The notes beneath the pieces are model-generated. The model searched no databases. It was not told the DNA's origin and was given only the letters and a program-made list of their open reading frames with translations. A stretch of 63,583 bases of DNA, filler included, from Octopus bimaculoides (Eukaryota): NCBI RefSeq assembly GCF_001194135.2. It is 7 parts of 6 records of this genome, joined end to end, with 100 filler letters (N's around TTAATTAATTAA, not from the genome) between each part and the next. Parts side by side here need not be neighbours in the genome. Positions count along the whole stretch, not along the records: positions 1 to 8,477 come from NC_068998.1; positions 8,578 to 19,939 come from NC_068990.1; 5 more parts are not named here. One strand, 5' to 3'. Numbering within the stretch: position 1 is the stretch's first letter; each line of letters starts with the position of its first letter. Made by a program: the position numbers and the translations under genes. Positions 1 through 13,222 of this stretch are shown here, piece after piece.

Positions 1-23
1 TATATATATATATATATATGTTG

Positions 24-74
<51 letters not shown>

Positions 75-81
75 TTTATAG

Positions 82-229
82 GGCTGATATGTTGGACATA
101 AAAATCGCTCTGGGAACGCTGGAATATCTCGGTAAGGAAGAGGAGCTTGTACCATGGGTTGCTGCTTCGTCACACTTATATTACATAAGAACAGTTCTAA
201 CCCGCACTGGAGCCTACAGAGACCTGGCG
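82..229 (+). CDS. M1 family aminopeptidase N-like gene, internal exon (ERAP1-like C-terminal domain)
   Basis: Acceptor ttttatag|G at 81/82 and donor GCG|gtaag at 229/230. After 1 nt it reads ADMLDIKIALGTLEYLGKEEELVPWVAASSHLYYIRTVLTRTGAYRDLA, matching the APN pattern AL..L.YL..E...VPW.AA...L.YI. No stops. Confidence 0.92.
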
Positions 230-512
230 GTAAGTAAAAGCTAAAATAAAATAAAATAAAATAAAATGAAAAATGATATGAGGGTAATGAGAAGTATGTT
301 AGCGCACTAGGAGCGAGCGAAAGGAAACGTAACGGTTTCGCTAAGTACGTTCGTCTCATGTGGAGATGAAATATAAAACAAACCTCATCAAATTCAAGTT
401 GCTATATTTCAGTATGTTAAATTTTAATAACTTTATGGTTTGTCGCCATCTGCGATGCAATGAAAGAGACTCTTGAACGTTTAAGTATATACATTTAATC
501 TTACATATATGT

Positions 513-800
513 ATGGCTCAGTGGTTAAGCTGTTGTACTCACGATTGCGAGATCGTGGGTTCGATTACCAGACCAGGCGTTGCGTTGTGTTCTTGTGCAA
601 AGTACTTCATTTCCCGTTGCTTTGCGATCACTTCGGCATCTGACATGTGGCACTCCGTTGCACCTGTACAGGTAATGTCGATTTGATGGAGGGAGTGAGC
701 TTATCTCTACACAGACATTTGATCACTATAAACAAATCATCTGTGTGATTGTTCGGTAAGAAATCGTCGAACCCTCATACGTCATCTAACGACGGGAGAG

Positions 801-802
<2 letters not shown>
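513..802 (+). mobile_element. tRNA-derived SINE
   Basis: A box tggctcagtgg and B box gttcgattacc, followed by a non-tRNA body ending at a (TA)n tract. Confidence 0.75.
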
Positions 803-833
<31 letters not shown>

Positions 834-1286
834 NNNNNNNNNNNNNNNNNNNNNNNNNNNNNNNNNNNNNNNNNNNNNNNNNNNNNNNNNNNNNNNNNNN
901 NNNNNNNNNNNNNNNNNNNNNNNNNNNNNNNNNNNNNNNNNNNNNNNNNNNNNNNNNNNNNNNNNNNNNNNNNNNNNNNNNNNNNNNNNNNNNNNNNNNN
1001 NNNNNNNNNNNNNNNNNNNNNNNNNNNNNNNNNNNNNNNNNNNNNNNNNNNNNNNNNNNNNNNNNNNNNNNNNNNNNNNNNNNNNNNNNNNNNNNNNNNN
1101 NNNNNNNNNNNNNNNNNNNNNNNNNNNNNNNNNNNNNNNNNNNNNNNNNNNNNNNNNNNNNNNNNNNNNNNNNNNNNNNNNNNNNNNNNNNNNNNNNNNN
1201 NNNNNNNNNNNNNNNNNNNNNNNNNNNNNNNNNNNNNNNNNNNNNNNNNNNNNNNNNNNNNNNNNNNNNNNNNNNNNNNNNNNNNN

Positions 1287-1328
<42 letters not shown>

Positions 1329-1374
1329 TATATTCACACACACACGCACGCACACACACACATACATCACCTTA

Positions 1375-2182
1375 ATGGCTTCTCTAAACCTTTTCAGTAT
1401 CTTAAGAGAATCTCACGGAACAGCCACATTCTTTAAAAATCGAAGAGAATGACGCCCTTGTTATTCTAGAAAATAGTTACCATAGTTTTCTGTTTCTTGC
1501 TCATGAAATACTTAGGCCTTGGAGAAGAGGTTCGAAGCCATTCCGTGGATTGAGCTTTCCTTTCTGGATCATAACGATACGTTCACGTTTCATATCTTGT
1601 CACCAGATCAGGACAAACGTGTCTTCATTGGCTTCAAATGCTTCCAACAGATCAACATAGACTTCTAACCTCTCCTTCAAATCGTGTGCCAACCGCCAGG
1701 TTACCCATCTTGCACACACTTTTCGATACCCAAAGTCTTCCACCATCTTCTGTAAGGCACAATGACCACAGTCCAGTTACACCTCGTCTATTTGCACGAA
1801 TTAATTTGACCACCCGCTGGCGATTCATGCCAGTGATCACAGTTGATGCTCTCCTTCTGAGCGGTTTGTTTTCAACGTTGTTGTCCCCCTTTTTTTATAT
1901 AAATTTTCGTCCATCTGTAAAAATTGTTCTTGTCAATGGTGTTGCCTTCGTAAAAGAATCTGTGCCCTTCTCTTCTTTGAATATCAAATAGCCTGCACTC
2001 CTCCGTCGACTAGAATCCAATAAGGTCATGTTACTTCTGCTTGGAACCCATTATTTACCTACAATAAATACGGACAGAAAGAGTAACTGTAAAAGAAGAG
2101 CGACTCTACTAACATGTACATTTCGAATTGCAGTTGATATTAGTCATGCTCATTTTTGCATTACAATCGACAGAACCCTCAA
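1375..2182 (-). mobile_element. mariner transposon 5' fragment, decayed
   Basis: Minus-strand frames give an HTH-like N-terminus and GYRKVCARWV..L (the WVP motif) followed by a decayed DET region. A GAGGG-type TIR start lies near 2180. Confidence 0.7.
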
Positions 2183-2387
2183 GCGTGTGTGTGCGCGCTC
2201 GTACGTATTTATGCGCGTGTGTGTAAACATCTGTATGTATGTGTATATATATGTGTGTCTGCATGTATGTGTATAAATATGTGTGTTTGTAGTCTTAATC
2301 ATTATAGCTCGTAGTTTCTGTTATTGATCTCAACGGTAAAACGCAAAACTATGTCGTAACACAGAGTAACTCAAACACTATACACTT

Positions 2388-2593
2388 TACTCTTTTACTT
2401 GTTTCAGTCATTTTGACTGTAGCCATGCTGGAGCACCGCCTTTAATCGAGCAAATCGACCCCAGGATTTATTCTTTGTAAGCCTAGTACTTATTCTATCG
2501 GTCTATTTTGCCGAACCGCTAAGTTACGAGGACGTAAACACACCAGCATCGGTTGTCAAGCGATGTTGGGGGGACAAACACAGTCACACAAAC

Positions 2594-2682
<89 letters not shown>

Positions 2683-2847
2683 TACGACGGGCTTCTTTCA
2701 GTTTCCGTCTACCAAATCCACTCACAAGGTTTTGGTCGGCCTGAGACTATAGTAGAAGACACTTGCCCAAGATGCCACGCAGTGGGACTGAACCCGAAAC
2801 CATGTGTTTCGTAAGCAAGCTACTTACACACAGCCACTCCTACGCCT
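2388..2847 (-). mobile_element. SINE family B (tRNA head, internal (TA)n(TG)n, 3' body), full copy
   Basis: A head (…ttcagtccc B box) and a body (tttacgtccccgtaacttagcggttcggcaa…gactgaaacaagtaaaaga) that recur many times in the window. Confidence 0.9.
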
Positions 2848-3171
2848 ATAGTATTTTTTATTATTAGTCTTCTATATAAATGAAGCTATATCCTTTAATT
2901 TGCTGCTGCTTTTCTTTGCACGAAATGAGAAGATAGATTGCAAAACTGTTATTTTAACGAATCATATCTATTTATCACCCGAAAAGAGACATCTGCACCG
3001 TCGGATGCTCCTGAAACAGTAGTTAAGTATCCCACCCATGAAGGATTGATGCTAGTGGTATCGAAACAATTATAGTGATTAATAAGAGTTCACGTATCTT
3101 CCATCTTACGTCTCTCATTTACCACATATACATACATACATACATACATACATACATACATACATACATGG

Positions 3172-3555
3172 TTGGCACTCCGTCGGTTACGACGACGAGC
3201 GTTCCAGTTGATCCGATCAACGGAACAGCCTGCTCGTGAAATTAACGTGCAAGTGGCTGAGCACTCCACAGACACGTGTACCCTTAACGTAGTTCTCGGG
3301 GGATATTCAGCGTGACACAGTGTGTGACAAGGCTGGCCCTTTAAAGTACAGGTACAACAGAAACAGGAAGAAAGAGCGAGAGAAAGTTGTGGTGAAAGAG
3401 TACAGCAGGGATCGCCACCATCCCCTGCCGGAGCCATGTGGAACTTTAGGTGTTTTCGCTCAATAAACACTCACAATGCCCAGTCTGGGAATCGAAACCG
3501 CGATCCTACAACCGCGAGTCCGCTGCCCTAACCACTGGGCCATTGCGCCTCCACA
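3172..3555 (-). mobile_element. SINE family A, full copy
   Basis: Reverse complement of the element at 26869-27169, with tRNA-like head ggaggcgcaatggcccagtggttagggcagcgg. Confidence 0.9.
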
Positions 3556-3693
3556 CATACATACATATTTACATAATATATGTTATATGTATATACAAGT
3601 ATCCGTGTATATATATATATATTTGTTCAACCCTTTTAATGCAAACAACAGTTATCTGAAGAAAACACATTTTGTTTGCTTTCTATATTGCAG

Positions 3694-3770
3694 TTATTCA
3701 TACAGAGATTGGTAACGGGACATTATCATCGCATTGGCTGGGATAATTCAGGCACCGAACACACCGAAAC
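3694..3770 (+). CDS. Aminopeptidase N-like gene, next exon (77 nt)
   Basis: Acceptor ttctatattgcag| and donor |gtgag. Reads LFIQRLVTGHYHRIGWDNSGTEHTE plus AC, with the GWD motif. Phase 0 in matches the previous exon and phase 2 out matches the next. Confidence 0.9.
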
Positions 3771-3809
3771 GTGAGTTCGTTCTCATATTAATTGGAATAA
3801 AAATAACCG

Positions 3810-3862
<53 letters not shown>

Positions 3863-4035
3863 TTCTGTATCATTTATTTTTAATTCTATTTTTGATTCCC
3901 TTTTTTTTTTTATTTGCAATTTTTTAAGTAGGGTCTGTTTATCAGAATTTTTTTCTTTTTTAATCTATTTTATGCTTTTACTGCCGGAATGGTTGGGGAA
4001 AAGGCTATTTCGTTGTAATTGCGGTTGTAATGTCA

Positions 4036-4099
<64 letters not shown>

Positions 4100-4958
4100 T
4101 GCGCTTGTCATGTTATGCTATTGTAGTTGTAACTGTAGTAGTAGATGTTGCTGTTGTCGTCGTCGTCGTCGTAGTAGTAGTAGTAGTAGTAGTTCATGTT
4201 GTTGATGATGTTGCTCTATATTGTTGGTAATTATGGGGAGGTATCGTTTACTATTTCCGACCAGCTCAGCTCGAAGTGAATGGATAAATAAATAAATAAA
4301 TAAATAATCTCTCTCAGTTTTGACGAAGTGTGTTCGTTGTTGCTGCAGAAAGCACGTGACCGGGTGGTAAGGATGTTGAGCTCACGATCTTAAGGTCGTC
4401 AGTTCCAATTCTCAAGGAAGGCAAAAAGTTATGTCTTCGAGCAAGACACCTCATTTCATATTGCATATATATATTGCACATTGCTCCAGCCTACTCAGCT
4501 GAAGGTGAATACCAACCGAGTACTGATGCAGCCCTCTTTCCTTCCAGTTGTTATGTCCTCTATGTTCTGCTAGGCCAAATTTGGTGGCACCGAGAGAGTA
4601 TCTATGCAGCTCATAACTATATAAACATAATACAAGCTACCTGTTTTACTCGCTTGCGAATACGGCCATATTTGTTTTTGATCGGTTTTTATTCGCTTGT
4701 TCGAGATGTCTTCTTATAGAATGAACATTCCACATACAAATGTACCCTAAACGTAATCTTCAAACAGAATCAGCGTCACACAATCTGTGCTTTTGAGTTA
4801 CAGGCACAACCCGACGGATTCCCAAATAGTTTTCTGTGTACTTTAATTACACTCGCAAGGCTTAAGTAGAACCGAAATTCCAAGTAGTGGGATCGAATCC
4901 GCCACGATAAAGCAAACTTCCTAACCGTTTAGCCATACTGCGTCCATGTAGTGGAAAT

Positions 4959-5044
<86 letters not shown>

Positions 5045-6504
5045 CCACTAGTGTGTGTTATATATGGCACTGTGAACTGATATAGGTGTTTAACACTATT
5101 TGTCTACAACGAGAAATTTTCTCCATGACAAAACACAGTGAAAGGCTTATGTACGAGGCCAAACGTGCCACATGCATATTTGAAACGGGAATGACATCAC
5201 ATCTATTAAAAGTTAGTTTTGTTGGTTAGTTCGTTTATCATTTCTTTGACACACAAAATATATTGTAACCTAAGAAAGATTTTGTAGAATCGGTGTAGTC
5301 ATCGTGTGAAGAAGTCTAAAATTTAGCCATTCTACATAGTGGAATCCAGAACATTCCGTCAAGCGATTATTTTCTTAAATCAACGGAATCTACTCAACAA
5401 TATGCACATAATGTGGAAACACTTATGGAACAAATGCAATGAAGATACTTTTCAACGATAAGCCAAAGACTCCATTCTAATGAAAAGAAAATGTCTTACC
5501 ATGTTAACAACTCCAGTCTGAGTTCGATCAAACAAGCTGAGACACTCAGAAGAGATGCTAGCGCAAAGATGACAGTACTTTTCATTTAGATTGGTGAAAT
5601 GTTGGAGTTTAGAATTTTGAAAGCAATGCAATAACCCCATAGGGAGAGCTTGACTGGTGTATACAATTATTTCATTAAATATGTCGTCAGCCTTCGTAAG
5701 TGCGTTATCGTTCGTTTATTTATAATAATTTTCTGTGAAAGTACTAATTTATAACGTCAATGACAATATAATTAATTACATCTTCACTAAGTCTTAGATT
5801 GAGTGGTTGACTGAGGAGAATGCTTTCCTTCGGGTGAAGACTAAAACTAATAGAGGAAAGACAATGTTTCTTGGTTTTTCTTTGAATATATCTACTGCTC
5901 TTATGACATATTACTTTACTATTGTAATATTTTGGACAGCAACAAAGCAAATTTCAAACTTACAGTCGGTTGAATTTATAATCTGCTGGAGTATCTATAG
6001 CAGATCTGACAGTTTGTCTTCAGTCACTGTTGCTTTCTTGTGTCCACAACAAAGATATCTCTCACTGACCTGGCTTCTAAAGCTTTAAATAGATATTATC
6101 TAAAATTACAGTTTATCGCTATAAGTAGTAAGACATTCTATAATATACGAGTGATTACTTTAGCTTGAAACGCTAGGTTAAAACTTCTTCACTATACGGA
6201 AGATAATGTGTCGGTGTAATCAATTTTTTTTATGTGCTCTCTTCTTCGACCAATTCTTGTATTATGTCCCGCGACGTAATAAGGTACAGAACAGTATATT
6301 GTTAGTAAGCAGCTTCTGTTTTTATAATTAATCTCCTGAATCAGAGAAAGAAAGAAGCAAACAAACAAACAAACAAACAAAGAGAGATGTGAATGAAGGG
6401 GAAAGAAAAATGGGGAGAAGCGAGAATTTTTAGAATTAAAAATGAAAATATTGCTTTACAAATTATTTGATTTCAGAAATCTTCATTAAATTTTAATTTT
6501 ACAG

Positions 6505-6615
6505 AATTATGCGTACAATGATTATTAGATTAGCTTGCCACTACAATGTGAAAGGCTGTGCTGAAGAAGCTACTCGACAATTTCATTTGTGGATGGAGAG
6601 GCCCGACCGCAATCG
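6505..6615 (+). CDS. Aminopeptidase N-like gene, next exon (111 nt)
   Basis: Acceptor ttttaattttacag| and donor |gtgag. Reads IMRTMIIRLACHYNVKGCAEEATRQFHLWMERPDRN, the conserved AC......C...A...F..W pattern. Phase 2 to phase 2. Confidence 0.92.
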
Positions 6616-7407
6616 GTGAGTTTTGTTAATTAAGTTTCTTCTTCCATGTTACCCATCTGCAATGTTTGGTTAATATCTTTCAGTCATGAGATAATATTAT
6701 TAGAGTAATACTGAATAATTGGGCGATGAGAAAACGATACAGTAATGGTATGACAACAAAATTCTGTCAGACAGTCACGTAGCTTCTGGCTTTATCAAGG
6801 TTATACAAAAGAAAAAAAAAATCTGGAATAAAAATAAAACTGGCAACAAAAAATTAACATACAAACAGGTTAATTAATTTTGTGCTGAGGAAATAAGGAT
6901 TTTATCATTTCAAACTGTACTACATTAAAAATAAACACAGAGGAAAAAGGGGAGAGAAAACAAAGAAGGTATTGTGTCTGTTTCTACAATGGAGGAAGCA
7001 TTTGGAAAATAACTGACAGGAATAGTAAAACAAAATTGTTTTTTGCAGCAGAAGAGAGGCATAACCGTGCCATATATACCATCCATTTCAACAAAATAGG
7101 AACATACACAGATTATTATCATTAGTATACTATTGATGTCACTGGAGTAGCGTCCAATACATGCTGTTTAGTCTCCCAGGACTTACCTGTTGCGTTACAC
7201 CTAATCACAGTATTAATATTTCTAGGCATTTCTTATTTGCTTCATAGGCTCGCGGTGAGCAGGTGAGTGTTGAATCTTAAACCATCCCACATCATCTATA
7301 AACTTTAAATGCATGTTGATCTCTGAAATATAATCAGATTTATTTAATACAATATCTTACCTGTTCAAAACATTATAATAATTTTGAATTCATCAGCTTC
7401 ACTGCCA

Positions 7408-7645
7408 GTGGAGGCGCGTGTCTTAGTGTTTAGAGTGTTGGATTCATGATCGTAAGATTGTGGTTTCGATTCCTGAACCGGGCGATGTGTTGTGTTCTTG
7501 AGCAAAACACCTCATTTCACGCCTACACAGCCGGCAAAAATGAATAATCATATGACGGACTAGCATCCCGTCCAGGTGAGGAATATAGATATGCCATGGA
7601 AACCGGAAACTGGCCCAACGAGTTTATATGACTCTGGGACGATGA
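7408..7645 (+). mobile_element. tRNA-derived SINE with a V-domain-like core; a similar decayed copy lies at about 4352-4530
   Basis: A and B boxes, then gcaaaacacctcatttcac and gacggactagcatcccgtccagg. Confidence 0.6.
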
Positions 7646-7755
7646 TTATCCTTTTGTCTGTTTGTTTATCTTTTTTAGCTTGACTGCCAATAAAATATAA
7701 ACGTGAATTTAATTCAGGTAATTTTATAAGTATTCTTTTTCATTTATCACTCAAG

Positions 7756-7923
7756 AATCGATCCGAATCTTCGGTTAATTGTCTACTGCAATGCCCTACG
7801 TAAAGGAGGCGCTCAAGAATGGGACTTTGCCTATGAACAGTACAAGAAGTCCAATATGGCTAGCGAGAAAGATCGTTTACTTCGAGCAATGTCTTGTTCG
7901 CAGGAACCGTGGATATTAAGCAG
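7756..7923 (+). CDS. Aminopeptidase N-like gene, next exon (168 nt)
   Basis: Acceptor catttatcactcaag| and donor AG|gtaagt. Reads IDPNLRLIVYCNALRKGGAQEWDFAYEQYKKSNMASEKDRLLRAMSCSQEPWILS, with the hallmark I.PNLR..VYC....GG..EW.F and C...PWIL motifs. Confidence 0.95.
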
Positions 7924-8436
7924 GTAAGTCTCATCAGCAATAAGACTGACTTATAAACAGATTTTCTAACAAAAGTTAAACAAATCGAAAATAGATTCTG
8001 TATCAGCTTAACTGCTGATACAACAGTTAAATTGACAGAGAAACATTTCTTTCCACCATGACCTTAAAAATGGCAAATAAAATATTAAGGAATTGGCATC
8101 CCACAGAATTCTGCATTTGATCTGGTCTTAAAATCTTTACAAATGGTATTTGGCTACTTACTGTGGAAGAATCATGATCGTCATCTGTGTAATGTCCATT
8201 TTTCCATGCTTGCATGAATCAGACAGAATTTGTTGAGACAGATTTTCTACAGCCGGATACCCTTCCTGTCATCAATCTTTGTGTGATTGCGAGCAAGCAA
8301 TATTTTTCCCCTAGTCGGACATGTTTTCACAGAGGACTGAAAACGACGGACACCACTCACATGATTGTGATGCTCATTTATATCTATTGCGTAATATCAA
8401 AACAAGGAGAAACGCGCGCTCACACACGCACGCACG

Positions 8437-8477
<41 letters not shown>

Positions 8478-8577
8478 NNNNNNNNNNNNNNNNNNNNNNN
8501 NNNNNNNNNNNNNNNNNNNNNTTAATTAATTAANNNNNNNNNNNNNNNNNNNNNNNNNNNNNNNNNNNNNNNNNNNN
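8478..8577. other. Artificial scaffold spacer (44 N, TTAATTAATTAA, 44 N)
   Basis: Exactly 100 nt with a six-frame stop palindrome in the centre. Confidence 0.97.
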
Positions 8578-8654
<77 letters not shown>

Positions 8655-8660
8655 GTGTGT

Positions 8661-8900
8661 GTACATAATGGGTTGGACAAAATAATGGAAACACCTTAAA
8701 ATTTCAAACAAATTCATTTTAACATGGGGTAGGACATCCTTTAGCAGTAATTACACCTTGAATCCTACGAGGTATGGACTCGTACAAAGTTTGAATTGTT
8801 TCGAAAGGAGTTTTTGTCCATTCTTCAGCTAAAACAGTCTCCAGTACTTGTAGTGATGATGGCTGGAGAAGATGTCTTCTTGGGGCTACAAGCTACAGTA
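8661..8900 (-). mobile_element. Tc1-type transposon end fragment
   Basis: The minus strand reads LAEEWTKTPFETIQTLYESIPRRIQGVITAKGCPTPC*. A TIR-like ggttggacaaaataatggaaacac lies next to the microsatellite. Confidence 0.75.
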
Positions 8901-8948
8901 GCATCAACCCTTAAAGGTTAGCCACATTTAAGTGGCAAATATACTTCA

Positions 8949-8984
<36 letters not shown>

Positions 8985-9454
8985 ATATTCCACAAGGAAA
9001 ACAGATTCAGGTATCAAGTTATTCCACGTCAAATCATATATATTTTTCAGCTACTGTTCATCCCTCGTTCAGAGATTTATCATATATNNNNNNNNNNNNN
9101 NNNNNNNNNNNNNNNNNNNNNNNNNNNNNNNNNNNNNNNNNNNNNNNNNNNNNNNNNNNNNNNNNNNNNNNNNNNNNNNNNNNNNNNNNNNNNNNNNNNN
9201 NNNNNNNNNNNNNNNNNNNNNNNNNNNNNNNNNNNNNNNNNNNNNNNNNNNNNNNNNNNNNNNNNNNNNNNNNNNNNNNNNNNNNNNNNNNNNNNNNNNN
9301 NNNNNNNNNNNNNNNNNNNNNNNNNNNNNNNNNNNNNNNNNNNNNNNNNNNNNNNNNNNNNNNNNTATGCATATATATATGTATATATATTCTTTTATAC
9401 TTTTACTTGTTTCAGTCATTTTCACTGCGACCATGCTGGACCACCGCCTTTAGT

Positions 9455-11290
9455 ACTACAAAGTTGAAAACTTTTGGACAAGAAAATAAGTCGTCTATTT
9501 TATATCGATGACTTAAAATTCTATGGCAAACTCGATAATGGTTTTGAAGGACTACTTCGTACTGTGAAAGCATTCAGTGATGACATCGAGATGAAATTTG
9601 GCTGAGATAAATATGCCAAGGCCACTTTCCAGAAAGGGAAATTGAAGACCTCGCATTCAGTGGTGTTAGATGTTGACACTGTCATAAAAGAAATTGAGCA
9701 GGAACAAACTTACAAATACCTCAGAATGAATGAGGGTTCTGACATTCAGCATGCAAGCATGGAAAAGTAGATAAGGAAGGAATGTTACAGGAGGGTTTGA
9801 GCAGTCCTAAAATCCGAGCTAAATGCACGTAACAATGTGTTCGCTGTAAATTCTTTAGCAGTTCCGGTTGTTATTTACAATTTCAATGTGTTGAACTGGA
9901 ATATGAGCGAAATAAGGATGAATGACAGGAAAATCTATAAGCTGCTGACTTGCAATAAGATGCACCACCCAACGGCAGATGCAGATCGTCTTTATCTACC
10001 CAGAGCACAAGGAGGTCGATGTTGATCCAAATTGAAATCTCTTACAAAACCACCATAATTGGACTGGCAAAATATCTTAAAACATCTAATGACTGGATGT
10101 TAAAGCTCGTTGCAAATCACGAGAGACGTAAGAAGCTTCATCCTGCTATGAAGGAGAGCAAACCATTTGCTAGCTAGTTTATGCATAATATCCAGGTTGA
10201 GCAGCATGATAGAAGTGCGGCAACTGTAGTTGCGAAGAAGGTGAAATCAATTTCAAAGCAAAATGTGTTTGAATAATAGGCTGCTAGATGGGAACAAAAC
10301 CTCTGCATGACAAATATGTGGCTTGTAGCAAACAAGCTGATGTAAACCAGAAGTACACCCATCAGTGATTACGGAGCTCAGGGCTAAAGGCAGAGAGTGG
10401 AGGCTTTATCTTGACTGCCCAAGATCAGATCTTATTGACCCGAAACTATCAAGCCAATGTGATGAAGAATGGAGCAAACCCGATACCGCAACGATAGGAC
10501 TGAAACAGTACCGATACTGCAACGATGGGATTGAAACAGTGGACTACCTAATCTCTGGGTGTAAGGTTTTAATACCTGTAGAGTACAAATCAAGATATGA
10601 CAGAGTTGGCCAATATCTACATTGGATAATGTGTCGGTATTATGAAGTCAAAACTGCTGACAAGAAGTATAAGCATCACCCTGAGGCTGTAACTAAGGTA
10701 GAAAATATAACGATTCTTTGGGACTTTCCAGTATGTACAGACCCGACCATCAAAGCAAATAAACCAGATATTGTTGTGAAAGACCAAAACGATAGTCTTT
10801 TTATTGATTGACATGAGAATGCCCTGTGACCATAATATCTCGGTAAAAGAATTTGATGAGCTCAGAAAATATAAAAATTTGCTAATCGAAATCGGAAAGA
10901 TATGGCATCTCAAGACAGTTGCAATACCAGTGATTGTAGGAGCACTTGTATAGATCAAAAAAGAAACTCAAAATAATTTAACAATGATCCCTGGCTTGCC
11001 ATACATACAAGAAGTACAAAAAATTGTCTTAATTGGTACGTCACATGTACTGAGGAGAGCATTGTCGCTGTGAATTTTCTTTCCATTTTTCCTCTTTATT
11101 TTCTTTGTTTACTTTTTTCTTTTCCCTTTTTCTCTGTCTTTCTTCCTCTTTTTCTCAATCACATGACTTGAAAATGAACAATCTGGTATGCTTATTTTAA
11201 TGGCGTACCAATGTATACAGTGCGTTTCTCTGCCCTAGGTGTCAGGAAGACACCTAGGGTAGAGAAACAGAATTGAAAGAAGACAAGACG

Positions 11291-11352
<62 letters not shown>
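9455..11352 (+). mobile_element. 5'-truncated, decayed R4/Dong-type non-LTR retrotransposon (RT, CCHC, REL endonuclease) with (TAA)n tail
   Basis: Motifs LFYIDDLKFYG, RLYLPRAQGGR, C..C....ETVDYLISGC, LWDFPV...KPDIVVKD and LIGTSHVLRRALSL*, with many stops and frameshifts. TAA tract at about 11290-11352. Confidence 0.9.
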
Positions 11353-11353
<1 letters not shown>

Positions 11354-11640
11354 GCTAGAGAGATGAGTTCTTTACTTTTGTATACGATTGTCACAATCTA
11401 TCACTAAGATAAACATAGCTGACATAAACTAAAAAATGAATTAGACTGACATTTATTTTGAACCTGTGGAAGGTATGCGAGATGCCGAAATATTGTTCAA
11501 AGCATCAACAAATAAATTACTTTCGAGTTGCACTTTTTGTCATTAAGTTGGACTTGGTGATGGATTACGTCAGCTATGTTTACCTTAGTGATGGATTGTG
11601 ACAATCGTATACAAAAGTAAAGAACTCATCTCTCTAGCTA
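11352..11640. mobile_element. MITE with 72-bp terminal inverted repeats
   Basis: 11352-11423 and 11569-11640 are reverse complements at 70/72 positions (tagctagagagatgagttc...gaactcatctctctagcta). Confidence 0.85.
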
Positions 11641-11715
11641 AAATAATTCTGCTGAGTTACTTCAGTCCTCTATATATAAACTAATAATAATAATAATAAT
11701 AATAATAATCATAAT

Positions 11716-13137
11716 AACAGATAGCTTCCTTAACCAAAACAGTCCAGAAGTTTGGTAGGGACATCGATATGGAATTTGGCATCACCAAATGCTCAATACT
11801 TAATATGAAAAGAGGGAAGAAAGCAGCCTGCAGAGGACTGCAGTTACCATCAGGAGAGACCATGGGTGAACCTGACGGTGGTGGGTATAGGTATTTAGGG
11901 ATCTTGGAGCTGGATTACATTCTACTGAGAGAAATCAAAGTCAAGGTCAGCGAAGCGTATCAAAAAAGGGTGAAGATGGTGTTGAAATCGAACCTGAATA
12001 CCAAAAATTTGATTCCCGCAATAAATATCTGGGCAGGGCGGTGGTCAGATATAGTGCGTCCATCCTCAAATGGACTGAAGAGGAAATATCAACACTAGAT
12101 AGAAGGACGAGAAAGTTGATGACGCTGCATGGGGCGCTACACCCTAAAGCAAACGTAAATAGACTTTATATGAAAAGAAAGAATGATGGCAGAGGCCTAA
12201 TTAGTATAGACCATTGTATAAGGAGTGAAAGGAGAACGCTTGCCGATTATTTGATAAATAGTGATGAAGTCCTGCTGCAGTATGCTGCGAAAAATATGGG
12301 TGTAAATGCAGATGAAATGATGGGCAAGGCAGAGTTTAACCAAAGAGCTGAGGAGAAGAGAATAGAAGACCTTGAAAGAGAATGCATGGAAGAATACACA
12401 ANNNNNNNNNNNNNNNNNNNNNNNNNNNNNNNNNNNNNNNNNNNNNNNNNNNNNNNNNNNNNNNNNNNNNNNNNNNNNNNNNNNNNNNNNNNNNNNNNNN
12501 NNNNNNNNNNNNNNNNNNNTGGAAAGAGTGTGGAAAATGTGACCCACTTGGTAAGTGGATGTGAGAGCCTTGCACAAAAAGAATACAAACGCCGCCACGA
12601 TAAAGTGTGTGTGTATCTTCATTGGCTCTTATGCTGTAAATACCAATATGAAGTAACAGAGAACTGGTATGAGCATGTACCAAGTAAAGTTATGCAGGAG
12701 GATGGAAAAGTAACGTTTCTCTAGGACTATGATTTTCAGACGGATCGTGTAATTGGACAACGTCGGCCGGATATTGTCATATTGAATAAGAGAGACAAAT
12801 ACTGTCAGATCATTGATGTTGCCATACCAAATGACATGAATGTAGGTGAGTAAAGAGGTTGAACAAAATCACCAAGTACTCCGAATTGAAAGTGGAAATA
12901 GCAAGGCTATGGAATGCAAGAGGGTAATGCAAGAGGGTACCAGTGGTGATCGGAGCGTTGAAACTTTAAGACTGAAGACTTCTTAAGGCAACTGGAAATC
13001 CCATGCAAGATTGATGTTTTGCAAAAAGCACCCTTATTGGGCACAGCGCACATCTTAAGGAAAGTATTATCTGTCAGAGTTCCTTGTGACTTGACAGATG
13101 AGTAAAGACTCCGGTGCATTTTTACCTACTTATGAAG

Positions 13138-13221
<84 letters not shown>
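11716..13221 (+). mobile_element. Second R4/Dong-type LINE (different subfamily), 5'-truncated, (TAA)n tail
   Basis: Motifs MEFGITKC, YRYLGILE, RLYMKRKNDGRGL, HLVSGC..LA..EYKRRHD, RPDIVIL and LLGTAHILRKVLS. TAA tract at about 13138-13221. Confidence 0.9.

Positions 13222-13222
<1 letters not shown>

Noticed and set aside
5452-5640. 62-aa minus-strand ORF
   Set aside because: It has no motif, and the plus strand only faintly resembles a CR1/L2 tail, too weakly to call.
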